DNA of 64,000 nucleotides from NCBI GenBank assembly GCA_012295275.1, contig CM022672.1, positions 1,860,001 to 1,924,000 on the forward strand, written 5' to 3'. Below are positions 30,285 to 45,599 of the stretch, one piece after another. Numbering within the stretch: position 1 is the first letter of the stretch; each line of letters begins with the position of its first letter. Origin of the DNA: Chrysomallon squamiferum (lineage: Eukaryota > Animalia > Mollusca). Both the position numbers and the translations under genes were made by a program. The notes below the pieces were generated by a model that did not search any database, was not told where the DNA came from, and saw nothing but the letters and a program-made list of their open reading frames with translations.

Positions 30285-31068
30285 AGATATTAGCTCAAAA
30301 TATACTTCTTACAGGATATGAACTCAAAATACACTTCTTACAGGATATCAGCTCAAAATACACTTCTTACAGAATATGAACTCAAAATACACTTCTTACA
30401 GGATATTAGCTCAAAATGTACTTCTTACAGAATATGAACTCAAAATACACTTCTTACAGGATATTAGCTCAAAATATACTTCTTACAGGATATGAACTCA
30501 AAATACACATCTTACAGGATATTAGCTTAAAATACACTTCTTACAGGATGTTAGCTTAAAATATACTACTTACAGGATATTAGCTTAAAATGCACTTCTT
30601 ACAGGATATTAATTCAACAACACTGCTTTCTCAAAGAGTTTAGCTCATTATATCCATTACACATGACTTTTATTTTGTCATACATATACTTCTTACAGGA
30701 TATGAACTCAAAATACACTTCTTACAGGATATCAGCTCAAAATACACTTCTTACAGAATATGAACTCAAAATATACTTCTTACAGGATATTAGCTCAAAA
30801 TATACTTCTTACAGAATATGAACTCAAAATACACTTCTTACAGGATATTAGCTCAAAATATACTTCTTACAGGATATGAACTCAAAATACACTTCTTACA
30901 GGATATTAGCTTAAAATACACTTCTTACAGGATGTTAGCTTAAAATATACTACTTACAGGATATCAGCTTAAAATGCACTTCTTACAGGATATTAGTTCA
31001 ACTACACTGCTTTCTGAAAGAGTTTAGCTCATTATATCCATTACACATGACTTTTATTTTGTCATACA
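30285..31068. repeat. 29-bp minisatellite with alternating variants inside a 384-bp tandem duplication
   Basis: Unit aggatat(gaa/tag)ctcaaaatacacttcttac; block 30301-30684 recurs at 30685-31068, including its non-repetitive tail. Confidence 0.95.
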
Positions 31069-31384
31069 TCAATATTGTTTATCACTCATTATGGAGAACA
31101 AAGCTAATAACTGGAATTCATTTACTGTTCAAGTGCATTAATTTCATTTAGTTCTGACTGTCAGGGGATCGCAAGTCGTGATAAATTAGGAATGTTCTCA
31201 TCTCAGTGATTTGCCTGTGCACATAAATAACTGATTTGTAAACTCTGATAAATACAGTCAGTTTTCATTGACCCCTTCAAAAAAAAAAAAAACAACAACC
31301 GAGTACATTCTGTAAAAAGCACAGTCAGTGTCCTTTGATGAAAATTAAAAAAATACATCTCTTTGAAACTGTATACCCTGAAAA

Positions 31385-31450
31385 ATAGCAGTGGTAAGAT
31401 ATTTTTAACATGGAGCTTCCCTGTAACAGGAAAACACACATTGACAACAA
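31385..31450 (-). mobile_element. Short SINE core fragment
   Basis: tagcagtggtaagatattttt...cttccctgtaacaggaaaacacac resembles 63268-63313 and 22020-22050. Confidence 0.35.
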
Positions 31451-31999
31451 ATTATACCTTAGGGTTGAAATTATAATGATCTGCAGTCTTTCTTCTAGAT
31501 AAATATTCACATGTATGAATATATTCACGTATCTTTACCATCATACACAAACATATACAGACATGTATAACCATATTCAGATCTACACACATGCTCATAC
31601 ACACATGCATGCTCATATACACACTCCTTATTTATCTTTTATGTTTCTTTCTTTCTCTTTATTTTAGCCATTTTATTGTTGTTGTTTTTTTGTGTTGTTG
31701 TTTTTTTTGTACCATCCCAAATGTTTTGCCCTGAGAGTCTAGAGAAGTATATTTAAAATAAAAGAATAAAACAACAATAAAAAACACACAAAACAAAACA
31801 TAAACTCTACTTGGCCTTGCATTAGCGGCTCAGTTACAAAATGTAATCCATGTTCTGTGAATGACAAAATCAACTCAATATATTGAGTGTACTAGCATAA
31901 CTAGATCATATTACTTAATTTTCACATATCAAGGTAAGATACATTAATAATAAAAAAAAAATATTGAATGTAATGTATATGTCTGTGGTTGTATGTGTG

Positions 32000-32045
<46 letters not shown>

Positions 32046-33853
32046 TAAAAAGAATGAACCCACCATTAAATTTTAAACCAGAACATTAAAAAAAAATTAT
32101 TTATCTGTAACAGAAAAATTTATAAATAACATCATTTTTTTTACCCCTTCTTTTTAACTCCAAGAAATTTACCTCCATATAATGTGTTTTAGCAATTAAG
32201 GTTATCCATTAATTAGTTTCCATGGTGACAATAATTGTGAAGGTAAATGGTGCCAGAGGCTTTGTTATTTCTTTAGAACAAACTAGTTGTGATACAAAGA
32301 GACTGAATGAAGATTCATTTTTTTTTTCTTTATTTCTTTTTGACTAATGGAAAAATCACAATAAAGAAAACACAAGTAAATGTAGATATCTCTCTCTGTC
32401 TTTGTGTCAGTATCTTCCACTGTTGTTTGTTTATTTACTGGTGAAAATACAAATATACTGTCAGTAAAAACTTTATCCATACTCTCTGATATACTTAAAT
32501 ATAGTCTAGCGGCTATATAGACATACAGATGAATCAATAAATGAAGAGACAGATGGAAAGACAGACCAAAGATGGACAAATGGAGTCACTGATGAGATAG
32601 AAGATGAATGAATGCACAGATGGACAGATCTATGGACGGATGATCAGAAGAATGAGAGAATGTATGGATGAACAGATTCAACAGACTTATTTGAATGATG
32701 AAAGTGTGTAATAAAATGATGGAAGGGGCAACTGAATGAATGAATGAATGAGAGAATGGATGATTAAATGGATTTTTAGTTCAATGCACTAAAGGACAAA
32801 TTAAATGACAGATGAATAAATATATCTTTGAAATCCTCGTACATTCAAAATTGCAACAGTCTTAATGGAACCAAAATAGCTCAAACATGCAATAAACTAA
32901 GAAAGATTTAAATAATTAAATAAAACATGCAGGAATGTATGACTTGTAAAACCAGTGTAAGAACACAACAATGAAAAATGCAAAAGACTGGATTAAGAGA
33001 TAAGAAAAAATGAAGAGACATACCAGTCGGTTTATGTGTCGGTTTGTTTCATAACTCTTTTTAGTGAATGGATTATTAATGTAGTTAAATATTTTGGTCT
33101 ACTGAAAGGATATGTATGATATATAAATAGATGAAAATGAATGAAGAAATGTGTGAATATTTGACAGAGATTTGCAGTTGGAATCTGAAAGTGATATCTA
33201 GATACATTTTGGGAGAAGAAAAAGAAATTTAAGAAAAAGAGTAAGACAGTGAAGCAGAGTAAGAAAATAACAGAAAAAATAATTTTAACTGTTTCTATTT
33301 ATTTAATGTTATCTTGGTGCCTATCATATATACCCAGCAAAAAAACAAACACAGTTGTAATAATAAAATAAAATAACCTTTTCCTAATTTACATGTATAT
33401 GTGCACACACACACATTCCAAGACATGTTAACATTATAACAGAAGTACCAGTAAAACCCTTATATAAAAAAAAAAAAAAAAAAATTAACATTAAAGACAT
33501 TGAAAACTGAACTGTTCCCTAGGGTACCTGTGTCATTTTGAAATGATGAAAACCTGATATTAAAAAAAAAATAATAATAATAATAATAATAAAAAAAAGA
33601 TATTTAAACAAAAATAACTCTCACAGACATGGAAATTGAGAGTCTAGAATAAAAAACTTCAAATGACTTGCTGAGGAAACATGATCAATAATTAATGTGG
33701 AGATAATAAAAATCAAGTCGGCCATCTTGGATGTAATCTCAGTGCTGCTTGTTTAACTGTTAGTAATGTGTTGCTAAAACAGGTTCACTAGGAGAGAGTA
33801 TTTAACACACCATTTTGTTTAGATTCCTTGGATTCAAAATGAATGAGAGAAAA

Positions 33854-33920
<67 letters not shown>

Positions 33921-35229
33921 TTTTCATTATCGTTTTTGTTTTGTTCTTTAGATGTTATGAAGAGTTGGTTTTCCAATTTTGGTGGTTTTTCTTTATTGTA
34001 CTGAAGATTTTATTTATATAAATATATATATCTGTATTTAAAACTTAGCAGTTTGAGCATGTTAAATGTATTATTGTAAAAGGGAAAAAAAAAATCTCTA
34101 TTAATGACATTTATCTAAATAAATTTGCCATGGAATTTTTTTTTTCTTTTTTTTTTATAACAATTGATATGGATGTATGTAAATAATACAGAATGTGCTG
34201 AGTGTAAATATGATTAAAACAAGTGAGGCAGATATAAAAATTACATACAAATGTTCACACACAGATATGCATGTACACATGCACAAACATGCTGATAATG
34301 AACATGCAAACACAAACACACACACGCAGCTGATTTTATTGTTCCTTCATTTTACTTTTTTAATTTATAATAAGTTATTTGTTCTTTCATTAATATTTTT
34401 AGTTTATACATACTTAAAGCTGCCACCACCATATTTATATTAAAAAAATGCTTTTCTGAGGTTTTTCATATGTTAATTAAAGGTGTTTGTGTTATGCTTT
34501 CTCACAGGTAAGAAGGTATATATCAGTTCACATCAAGCACTGGTTATCACTGGAATCGACATTACACTGTGACAAAGGTGATGCATCCATTACAAATTCT
34601 TTCTTCACTCATACAGACTTTATTCTAATTCTTCTATTCTTTTCTTTTACTTTTTTCATTTGGTGTAAAAACAAATATATATATATTTATATTTAAATAA
34701 TTATCCTTCTTTTAGATCCTATATACAAACAAAGAAGAAAAAGTAACACAGATAATAGCTTGCATCTATACCTTTTACTCCCTTATCCTCAAATAGCCCT
34801 ACATCAGTTCCATTTCATTCTTTCAATTACTGAAGAAAGTTTTTTTCTCTGTGTTCTGCACTCAGAAGTCTAGTATCTTATTACATATGTCTGGTCACAA
34901 GTTTAATGTGTGGGTTTATATACAGAGCTGTAATGAATTAAAAGGTGTTATGTCATAGCTCTAATTTCTTGTCTAATGAAAACATATGTGATGAATTCTT
35001 TCTTGTACACATGCACACATGCACACAGTCCAATAGATGAACATTAAACAAACACACATGCATGCCAACACACACCCATACTCAGACACAGTTTACTCTT
35101 TCTCAAACATATAAGCACACACACAAACATGAACAACAAATATATACAACCACACAATCTTTCTTTCATATGTATTCTATTTTCTCTCTGACACACACAA
35201 AAACACATCCACAAACACACATACACATG

Positions 35230-35309
<80 letters not shown>

Positions 35310-35996
35310 GACACATATTTATATAACACTGAATTATTATATCAAGCCTGTCTGTCTGAATACAAGTACTAATGGAACTGGCACCACAGTTATACACCTC
35401 TATTGTGTTGGCTAATATTACAATATAGATTTCTCAGACAGCATAACTAACACATTTACCAAGTAAGCACATCTTGTTTACCAAAACTTATTGACTGTAC
35501 TTTAAAATGTAAATGTAATGGTCATCAACAGCTGACATATATTTTGTGTATGTTTCATATATTATTTTTGTTATTTTTCAGGATACCATCTTTTGCTGAT
35601 AATAAGATATGATAATAAAATACAAATGCTCACAGAGGAAGATAATGATTGATATTTTACTTTTTCACTGTGATGTCACTCAGTACATTAAAAAGTCATA
35701 AAATAATATAATAATTTTGTCAACGAATTACTTAGTCTGATAGGTTAATTACTTACTTACTAACTAATGCTACTTATGATATTACTATTACTCTGCTACT
35801 GTTACTACTACTAATACTATTACTACTAGTAGTACTATTACTATTTCAATGGCTAAAATGAAATTACAATAAAAACACAAATGTTACCTTTCATTTACCA
35901 ACATGAAATCTAATTTTTTTTTTTTTTTTTTTTTTTTTTATCATACTTTATTATTAGCAAAGATTAAATAAAACACTCAAATACAGCAGTAATTTG

Positions 35997-36255
35997 GAAG
36001 GAAGCAAGATGGGAAATGTTTTATTTAATGATGCTTTCAGTACATTTATTTATGTTTTATGACATCAGAATATGGTTACGGAATTTAACTTAAAAAAATT
36101 CTACGAATCTCTTCCAATTCAATATATACTATGACATTGATTGTGGAAGAGTACTGGTCAAAACAAGAAATAGCTCAGTGATTTCATAATGAGAGACTGA
36201 TCCAATGACCTACCAAACCTTGAGGGGATATCCTACCACTGAGATAGATACCTTA
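35997..36255 (-). mobile_element. Degenerate SINE copy of the same family
   Basis: Plus strand shows the tail gggaaatgttttatttaatgatg...catcagaatatggtta, then actggtcaaaacaagaaatagctcagtg...tgatcc...taccactgag (reverse complement of a tRNA-like head). Confidence 0.6.
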
Positions 36256-37603
36256 CTTAACTTGGAAGTATACAGAATGTGTTTAAAACATTTGCATGCT
36301 ATAAATGGACCATGTTAATATAATGTTAATCTAGCAACACCTTTCAGAAAAACAGCACTGAAAGTGATAAACTGTAGAATGTGTGGTGCTGAAAGTTAAT
36401 GCATTGATGGAAAAATTAAATAGTGCAAAAAGAGTTGTCTCCCATTAAATTCAAATGCGTTCATTGAAGGTTACTAAAATAATGAATTATAGAACAAATG
36501 AAAGAAAGAAAGAAAGAAGCAAACAGATGCAGACTAAATAAATGAATAAAATAATAAATAAATTTATGTGAGATAGATGTAATAAAAAAAAATAAAATAA
36601 GAGAGACTTATTGTTAATAGGTGTTAAGGTGTCAACAAAACTGTTTCATTTATGAAGAATATATATAAAGGAGATACATAGATAGCCATATCATTACACA
36701 GTACATACATACACATACACAGACACACACACAATGTACAGAAAAAACAAAACCACACATTAAAGCACACACAAACATACCAAGAGAAACATATTAACTA
36801 AATTTCACAATAATAAGTAATTTTAATACAAAAAATTATCATATACACATGTATTGTATTCTTTCTCGTTGTTTATTGTTAACTTGAAACAAAGCTAAAC
36901 GCAGAACTAATTACTGGAGTCTATCAGTCAGTTTTCAGTCAGGCAATGGGTCTAGTTAACTGAGTTTTAGCTTTGTTAGTAGACTAAAATATCCTTTTGA
37001 AAATTAACTCATTAACTGAAACCTTACAGATTTTGACTTCTTTAATAATATTAACTGTATATTTCATTAGAGAAAGAAAAAGAGAGAAAGAAAAAGGAGA
37101 GACAGAGAAAGTCAGGTAAACAGACATATATACAGAAAACGACAGACAAAAACACAAATAGATGGACAGATAAACAGAAATAAATTGATAAAGAGAATTA
37201 AAGGGAAGTAACTCTCTTAACATTATTTTCATGTCAAAGTATTATTTTTCTTTCTTTTTCATATTTTCTTCTTTATTTCCTGTTTTATTTTTTATTTTTT
37301 GGTCAAATCTTGAAAACACTAATGACTTAAATATTCATATTCAAATAACTTTTAAAAATATCCAAACTGATCATGAACATTATATGTAGATAAGTCTGTT
37401 CAAAAATACAATTTGTTTTTCCAGTGACAGACATCCCTATGATAATGTTACAGTATGGACAACAACAAGTTCATTTTGAGACAGCAGAAGAATATGCAGA
37501 ATTAAAGATAATTAACTATTTACATAATATAGATGGCTCTGACATATGACCATCAATGTAAGAGATACTGAACAGTATTTCTTTAAAAAATTCAACAGGA
37601 AAA

Positions 37604-37838
37604 CTGCTACAAATAAGTAACACATTATATACCACAAATAAATAACACATTTATGCTACAAATAAATAACATATTATACCACAAATAAATAACACATTTA
37701 TGCTACAAATAAATAACACATTATACCACAAATAAATAACACATTTATGCTACAAATAAATAACACATTATACCACAAATAAATAACACATTTATGCTAC
37801 AAATAAATAACACATTATACCACAAATAAATAACACAT
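37604..37838. repeat. 47-bp dimeric minisatellite (23+24 nt subunits), about 5 copies
   Basis: tgctacaaataaataacacattataccacaaataaataacacattta at 37701, 37748 and neighbours. Confidence 0.9.
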
Positions 37839-39423
37839 TCTGTCACAAGTATGTGTCACATTATACCACAAGGAGTAATACATTAAACCATAGACACTGA
37901 CTTCACACAAGCTTTTGGAAACATTTTGACTTTTCATATATGAACAAAGGAAACTATCTCTGACCTGGGTATAATTATAAAGTAGAATAATGTCCACTCA
38001 GAAATAATCCTAAAAAAAATAAAAATAACGTGAGTCATAAAGCAAATGAAAAGAATGATGGCTAATAAAGAAAGTTTTCCTTATTCATTGTTCAGGAGTG
38101 TTTTGCTTGTTTTTAATAATGGAAAATTACTGGTTGATCAAACAGCAAGTCCCAAACGTCCTGGCACTGAAGAAGGTGAGTTGTTTGTTGTTAAGGTTGG
38201 TAAGTACACTGAATTACAGCTGTGTGGTATATTTGCTGAGTTATGATTTGTTCACTGGGAAGTTCCAATCTCTGGCATTGTCAGCTGTTTTAGTCTGCAC
38301 AAACAGCATAAACAAAAACTAATCTCGAGGGTAAAAAAAAAAAAAAAGTAAATTAAAAAAAAAAAGTAATAAGTGTGAAGATTACATTCTGTTATCACAC
38401 ACAAACCAGAGACTGTGAACCAGATAGGACACTGGTGTTAAACTAACTACAAGGGTTGATGTTAAGCTTTATATTGTGAGGATTTAAGGTGATAAGAATT
38501 GTCTACTGGTATTTTTCTAACAACCAAGAAAATAGGCTTTTGGCAATTACATAGTAAATAGAGAGATTGCATTCTGAAATTGTATTTTATTGATAGGCAT
38601 TCAGGAGGTCCCAAGTTTGTCTGCAGGTATTATAACAAATAACTTTTAGCAGTGAGCTGAAGAAAGTCTGGATAAATTCTGAGGAATCAAAGTTATGATT
38701 ACAAGGATCTACCTCCCGAGATTTATCATAGCAGGGATGTTATATCATAAATACAAGGACTGCAGTCTGATGTTGTATCCTGATATATTGTGATTATATT
38801 GTGATATATATTATTGTGATTATATTGTGATATTATATTCTCATGTTATATGAGTCGTTGTCATAACAGATAACAGTTTAATAAACTGTAGCTGATATCA
38901 GATTACTTACACTGTTTTGTCTTATAACATTCAAACAAGAATATAAACCACCAAAGGCATTAAGGATAAATTATTCCTGCAGAATATTCTTGTAGTAAAC
39001 ACTGTCCAAAGGTTTTATTGTGGCTAAGGTCCAGATCTCTCTGGGGAGGGATTGAGTCTTTTTTAGCTAATCCTGTAATACATTATCTCTAATCCCATGA
39101 TTAAAAACAAGACATACATGTTAAGATATTTTCATTTTATGTATTAGTGCTTAATAATGGGTAGACATTTGTATCTAGATATTTTGTGTTTATATCTATG
39201 TGTAATGATGGATGCAAGTTTGCCTGTTGCTATATGATGTATATATATGGATATATGTATGAATGTGAATTTCTATGTGTTCACATATAAAAACTGCTCT
39301 GTGTATGTGTGTCTGTGTGTGTGTGAAACACTATTTTATGACCTGTTCTGGTCCATTTAACAGCATAGATTATTATAATGGTTTTATAACCAGTGTTATA
39401 TAAATATATGTATGTAGGATAGG

Positions 39424-39463
<40 letters not shown>

Positions 39464-40519
39464 ATATGTACAAACTAAAACAAATTACTTGGCCTAAATA
39501 TTTCAAACTGAAAACCAGTCTGTACCAGCCCTTCATACTGGGTTGTTTTCCTTTTCAAAGTTTTTCAGGTTATTATTACTCTGGATCCCTGTTGTTTTAA
39601 ATAAAATAAAATCTTTACAAAAAGGATATGAACTGCTCTATTGGTCATTACTTTATGATAAAGATACAAAAAGGAAAAAAGGAACAAAAACATTATTAGA
39701 TGAATAGTATCCTACTGGCTGAAATCGTGATTGTAATTTTCTTCCAAAGGTCAGAGAAATTTCAGAAGTATTTATGAAAAACAAAACAGTAGTGTCTGCC
39801 AAGAATAAATATTTTCATTTTTGGTCCAAAACACCTGAATTTAGAATTTTTGCAGCAATTTCTTCAAAGTTATTAAAATCACTGACCACTGATATAAGCT
39901 AACTGCCACTGAATTAAAGATGTTATTTTTGCTGGTACTTGATATCTTTACCTAATTGTGCTTCATTTTTTTTATACGTTTAACATAAGAGGATATTAAA
40001 CATTTTCTACTTACAAATTAGCTCTAAAGGATGCTTTTTAGACATGAAAAAACTAAACTCTGCCAACTCTGATATGCTAATCTTCCATAAGACAGGAAAA
40101 ATATACTGTTCTTGAGGAACCAAATGACATGTTATATTGTAGGACTGATTTTAATCTCAAACATTTCTGACTAATTTTTCTTATCCTTTTCAACTTTTTT
40201 TAATCATTGTTTTTCTTTTTTCCTTTCAAGTCAAAAATAAAGTTAGCTCCAATTTGTGCAAATTTATAACTGATGAAACAGCACTTTAAAAAAAAAAAAA
40301 AAAAAAAATTTTTTTATTCAATTTCCCATGTTTAAGTGAAGAAATGTATGTGTTAAAGATCTGTATTTGATTAATACCAGACACTTGCTACAGAACCTAG
40401 TACAGAAATGGAGAAAAACACAAGACTCAGTCTTTTATTAAATTTGTGAAGAATGTCTTTTGGTCCTCTACTGTCAAACTGGTCCAAGACAGTCCCACAG
40501 AAGAGAAGAGAGTATAGTT

Positions 40520-40750
40520 ATAGTGGGTAATTTCACATTCCAGCCAGTGCCTTATTACAGTTTATCAAAGACTGTACTGTACATGCTTTTCTCTCTACTG
40601 AAGTAGTTCAACAAATAACTGTTCTCAAGCTCCAAATAAAAAATTAACAAATCATTGTGGTGCAATAAACCTGTGATCATACACTGGTTGGAATGGGAAA
40701 TGCCCAAAAGGAGACATTAAAAAAGACTGTCCCTATGGGTCATCAGGTTT
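40520..40750. mobile_element. Two oppositely oriented SINE core fragments
   Basis: ttccagccagtgc...tatcaaag on the plus strand and a reverse-complement-like cactggttggaatgggaaatgccc about 100 nt later. Confidence 0.5.
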
Positions 40751-43700
40751 CGGCATTGAACTGAGTATTTTTAAAATATAATAATATTTAGGTGTGTATG
40801 TGTGTGTCTATCTCTGTCTCTCTATCTATATATATATATATATATACACACACATGTTAATAAAATAAAAATAAAAATAAGTAAAATAAAATAAAATAAT
40901 ATATATATTATATACAATTAATGATGATAATGATAATAATAACAATAACAACAACAATAATGATAATAAATGCTAAAAAAATATTTACAAATGAATTACA
41001 TTTAATTACTGATACAGAACTCAACATAATTATATTAACAGCATCTGGATAAACACAAATGTTTCCTTATGATGACTGAATGCACAATCAACAGTTGTTA
41101 GAGTAAAATTAAAGTTTTAGATATAAAATACATTATTTCTTAAAGTAATAAGGTAATCTAACTGAAAACAGAAAATCTAATTTGGTGTTCTTATTGAATT
41201 TTCTTTTAAAATTAGTTTAGTCATCATTTTAATGAACTATCTCTTGGAATAATAAAATAATAATAATAATATAAAAATAAAGTCATAGTATTTTTTTTTT
41301 TTTTTTTTGAATAGCAAAATATCAGGTGGTTCTGTTTAAAATGGAAACCAATGTTGAAAGATTGATATTGTTGTGACAATTCAAGCTGAGAGTGATTATC
41401 GTTATATAATAATATTGTTTAGGTGTAATAACTGTTTATATAAAAGTAAGACTGAGGGTTGTGTTTACCACTGTTTCATGTGTTTACCTGCTGTTTGGTT
41501 CAAATAATAAATAAAATACTATAACACTTGTCAGTTTTCTTAGATATGTTGTAGTGATTTCAAAATCTAAATACTACTTAATAAAATAGGAAAAAGAAAC
41601 GTTTTTATTAAATTTATATATACCCCAAAAATATGAACAAAAACGTTTATATATATATATATAATAAAAAAGTTCTTGTTCATATTTTTTTAGATGCAGA
41701 TATAGATATTGTTAAAGATAAAAGGTAAATTTGAAGTACTTCTATCATTTTTAAAACAATGGCTTCTATGTTTGGCACTGGATGGATGGATGGATGAATG
41801 ATGGATGAATGCAAGGATGCACAGATGCATGAATGAACTGACAGATGAATGGAAACTGAAGGCATGCTTGCATGCATATTAAGATAATCATATTTCAGTT
41901 TAATATTAGTGCTTAAATAAAGACATGTAGGTGCATGCATGCATTTTTACATAGTCTCAGAACAATGTTTTTGCTGTTGTTTAAATGGGTAAACAAATTC
42001 ATTTTACTCTACAATAATGTTGATAAAAATTAATAAAATTTATATATAATTGCCAAATAAATGAAACAAAAGAAATATTTTATGTCAATATCTCTAACAA
42101 GCCATGATAAAATATTTCAACAAGTATAACTGTTTAATGAAAAATTATTAGAACAGTGCCATATTTAGATTTTCTTCTTCTTTTAAACTGCAATACAAAG
42201 TGACTGATTCATTGTTTTAAAACTTCAAAAGTTTATTTTTTTCAAAATATTAGATTTACAAATTTTAAACAATAATAATTAACCTGCCATATAAAGGTAA
42301 GAAAAAAAAGGCAATGACTTTTTTTGCCATTACAACTATACTGGACAAAAAAAAAGAATAAATAAAAAAATAAATAAATTAAAAACAAATAAATAATAAT
42401 AATAATAATAATATTAATAATAATAAAATATGAAAAGTGCCAAATTCAGAAACGTAAAAGAATCCTTCAAAAACTGACATACAAAAAGGTGCCAAAGGCA
42501 GGCAATAAATAACAACTGCTTGTCATTCCAACTTCAATACAAATAAGAACTGGTGTAACTGAAACAAGTTTAAATAGGTGCTTTATAAACTGTGTGCAGC
42601 CAAACTGACAGTGTCAGGCTCTTACCTTTGGTGGTCTGTTATAGCAGTCCGTGTTCAGAGCATTTGAAGGAAAACAAACAATTGTACATCAATGGGAGGG
42701 TTTTATATTTATAGCTATCAGTTTTTATATTCATACTGTACTGAAATCATCACAGAAGCATGCTTATACAGTTAGTGAATTCTGGAGGCTTGAAAGAGTA
42801 TTTTAAAATCATTATCACACACTCACACATGCACACACACATGTACACACACACACACACACACACACATTTATAGAGATAATCAGTGGCTGGCTTTTGT
42901 AATAATAATTATTAATTTTCGTTTTACATTTAAATTATTTCAACATTTAATTATATTGAGAAATATGCCTAGGAAATATGATATTTATAAACATGAATAC
43001 ATTAAAGTTGTCAAGTAAAAAATAAATATGTGTGTGTGTGTGTTTTGTATGCTTCTATATTAGTTCTTAATTACAATTATAAGTTTTTCTATTTAATTAA
43101 ATATCTATTTGTGTTGAAATTAGAACAGTAGCATAGTTATAGGGTGGATGGATGGATTAATATGGATTATGAAGGCTTGAATAAAAACTTTAAACATAAT
43201 AAAAGGTCATTCTATAAAACACTACAACATATTTAAAATTCTGAGAACAAAAGATGGCCCTAAATAAATGAAATCAATACCAAAACTCTTTTTTTTTTTT
43301 TTTCTTCATGTTTTTAATGAGAAATCAGAAAGAAAACTATCAAAATCTCAGTTTATCAAATTACCCAATAAAGGAAACAAAAACGAAAAGAGCTTTCATT
43401 TGTGACATCAACACTAAAATAAGTGATCATCTGTTTGTTATGACCATCAACAAGTGATTAATGTTTAAATGACCTCCAGAGGTTTACAAAAATAAAACCC
43501 ATCTTCTACAAAACCAAAGCTTAAGTGTCATCGCCAAGCTGTATGTGATATTTTCTGTGCTGCATCTTAGACTGAAGATAGCAATTACTGTAGAAAGAGA
43601 CAAAAAAAAACATTCACTGATGTCAGACAATGAGTTATTTCTATAATAAGCATGTACTCTTTATTGTGATCCACGTAACAAAATGAACTGTAAAGTTAAA

Positions 43701-44711
43701 TCAGTCACTGAGAACTGCCGTATAGACAAATGTTTAAATCTGTTAAAAACCATAGATAGACTGAGAAATTAGATCTGCTATTCCTAAGTTTTGAACAGCA
43801 TCACATAGATATTATGCTGAAATAGGAAGATGGCCAACTTTATAATGCTATTTTATAAGATACATATTTGTCATGACACTGGGAAAGTATTATTCTGCTC
43901 ATGTCTATCAAACGAATGACAATGTAAGAAAAAGTGTATTTTACAATATTAATAATTTAGGACATACACAAGAATGTTAAGATTGCACTGATACTGTGTG
44001 ATAAAAATAATATTTGAATTTCATGAAATAAAGATTTTAAATCTTAAAGCTTTTGAAAACAGGCAAGATTCATTTTGGAGGTTTTTTTTGTTGTTTTGTT
44101 GGGTTTTTTTTTTTTTTAAATTATTATTATTATTTTTTTTTTAGACAAAATTTTCTTCTTCTTTTTGTTTGTTTATTTTAGTTTTTGATTTTTTCGGGGG
44201 GTGGGGATGTTCAGGAAGGTTGGGTAAGAAGTCTTTTGTTTTTTTCTTTCTTTCAGTATACCATAATTCTGCAAAAACTTTCAGTGCACTTATCACAGAA
44301 TACTATTTAACTGAAAGCAAGCAGAAGGCAACAATCATATCAAACACAATGGACCAAAAAAGAATCACCACGCAATCAAAAAGAAACCCTGCAGATTCTT
44401 TCTGCATAACAAGTATAAAAATGTTTATCTGTACGTCTTCAGTGTTTCTGTCTGCATCTCTCCACGTAAATATACAGTGTAAATGTCAATCACAAAAATA
44501 CGGCTAATTTATTGACAAAAGATCCCTGTGTATCCACAGAGTTGAAAGAGCCTGGCTTTTAGGTAAAAGAAGCTCAGCAAATCAACAAAGACAAACCAAG
44601 TGTTTTAACAAGAAAGAACAAATGAGATGAGAAAACACAGAGGTATGCGATACATGTGTTAGATATAATATGATATTTAACAAGTATGTTATCTGTATGA
44701 TTCAACCTGTG

Positions 44712-44890
44712 TGGGTGTATTTGATATTGACTGCAGTGGTTAGAATGTTGGCTTCAAGCATGGCAGGCTTAAGGATCAATTCTCTTTGGTGTTATTTGTT
44801 TGAGACATTGTCCAGTTCTAGACAAAGGCTACAGTATGTGTTTCCCTGTCACGGTAAAAATGCAAAAAATGCAAGCAACAGATCCTTTGC
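44712..44890 (+). mobile_element. tRNA-derived SINE remnant (head and core)
   Basis: A-box-like tgactgcagtggttag and B-box-like ggatcaattc (44773-44782), then core aaggctacagtatgtgtttccctgtc, which recurs reverse-complemented near 22.03, 31.4 and 63.3 kb. Confidence 0.6.
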
Positions 44891-45599
44891 TTTTTTATCA
44901 AATAAAACTAATCGAAATGAAATTAAACAAAATAAACTATACAGAGAAAAAACTAACTTTTAATATTATAACAAACAGTAAAACAAACCAAAATAATAAT
45001 AATAATAATAATATAAATAAATATAATGAAATATACATATATTTTCAAAAAAATAATTACAAATAAATAAATAAAGTAAAAATTAAAATAAAAAACCAGT
45101 CATTAAACTAATAACCAATTACAAAATGAAACATAATCTTCCCTCCATTTTGTTAATAAAACAAACAAAAAAAATAATTAAAACTCGTATTGTCTTTCAC
45201 TTAATTTTCCAAATCTGGTTGTCCTCAGAGTAACTGAAACTGTCTTAGTTCAAAACTGAAACTGTCTTAGTTCGAAAATCTTGTCACTTAGAGTCACGTA
45301 ATTCTCTAATGACTGAAAATTCAATTATCGATTAAATTGGATTTTGCTGCAGTTTAAGAAGCTGCCTTCACACGTTCAGTTCCATCAGATTTGATTAGGT
45401 AAGAACATTGTCTCAGATAACTGTAGATGTGGCATACTTTGATGCACGCTTTTAATACAGCAAACATTTAATAAATTAATAAACTTTATGTAGGTGTTAA
45501 AAAAAAGAGGACTTTTTTAGAGGTTTCTTTATGTTGATAATTCATGTGGCTGGTATAAACAAGAATCTTTTCTTAACATTATCATAACTTGTTACAACA

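Noticed and set aside
34485-34513. Plus-strand ttatgctttctcacAG|GTaaga ratchet-like motif
   Set aside because: Opposite strand to all other splice signals and a shorter pyrimidine tract. Kept as a reminder of the background rate for relaxed motifs.
44712-44790. tRNA gene
   Set aside because: Only degenerate A/B boxes, no intact cloverleaf, and followed by the SINE core.
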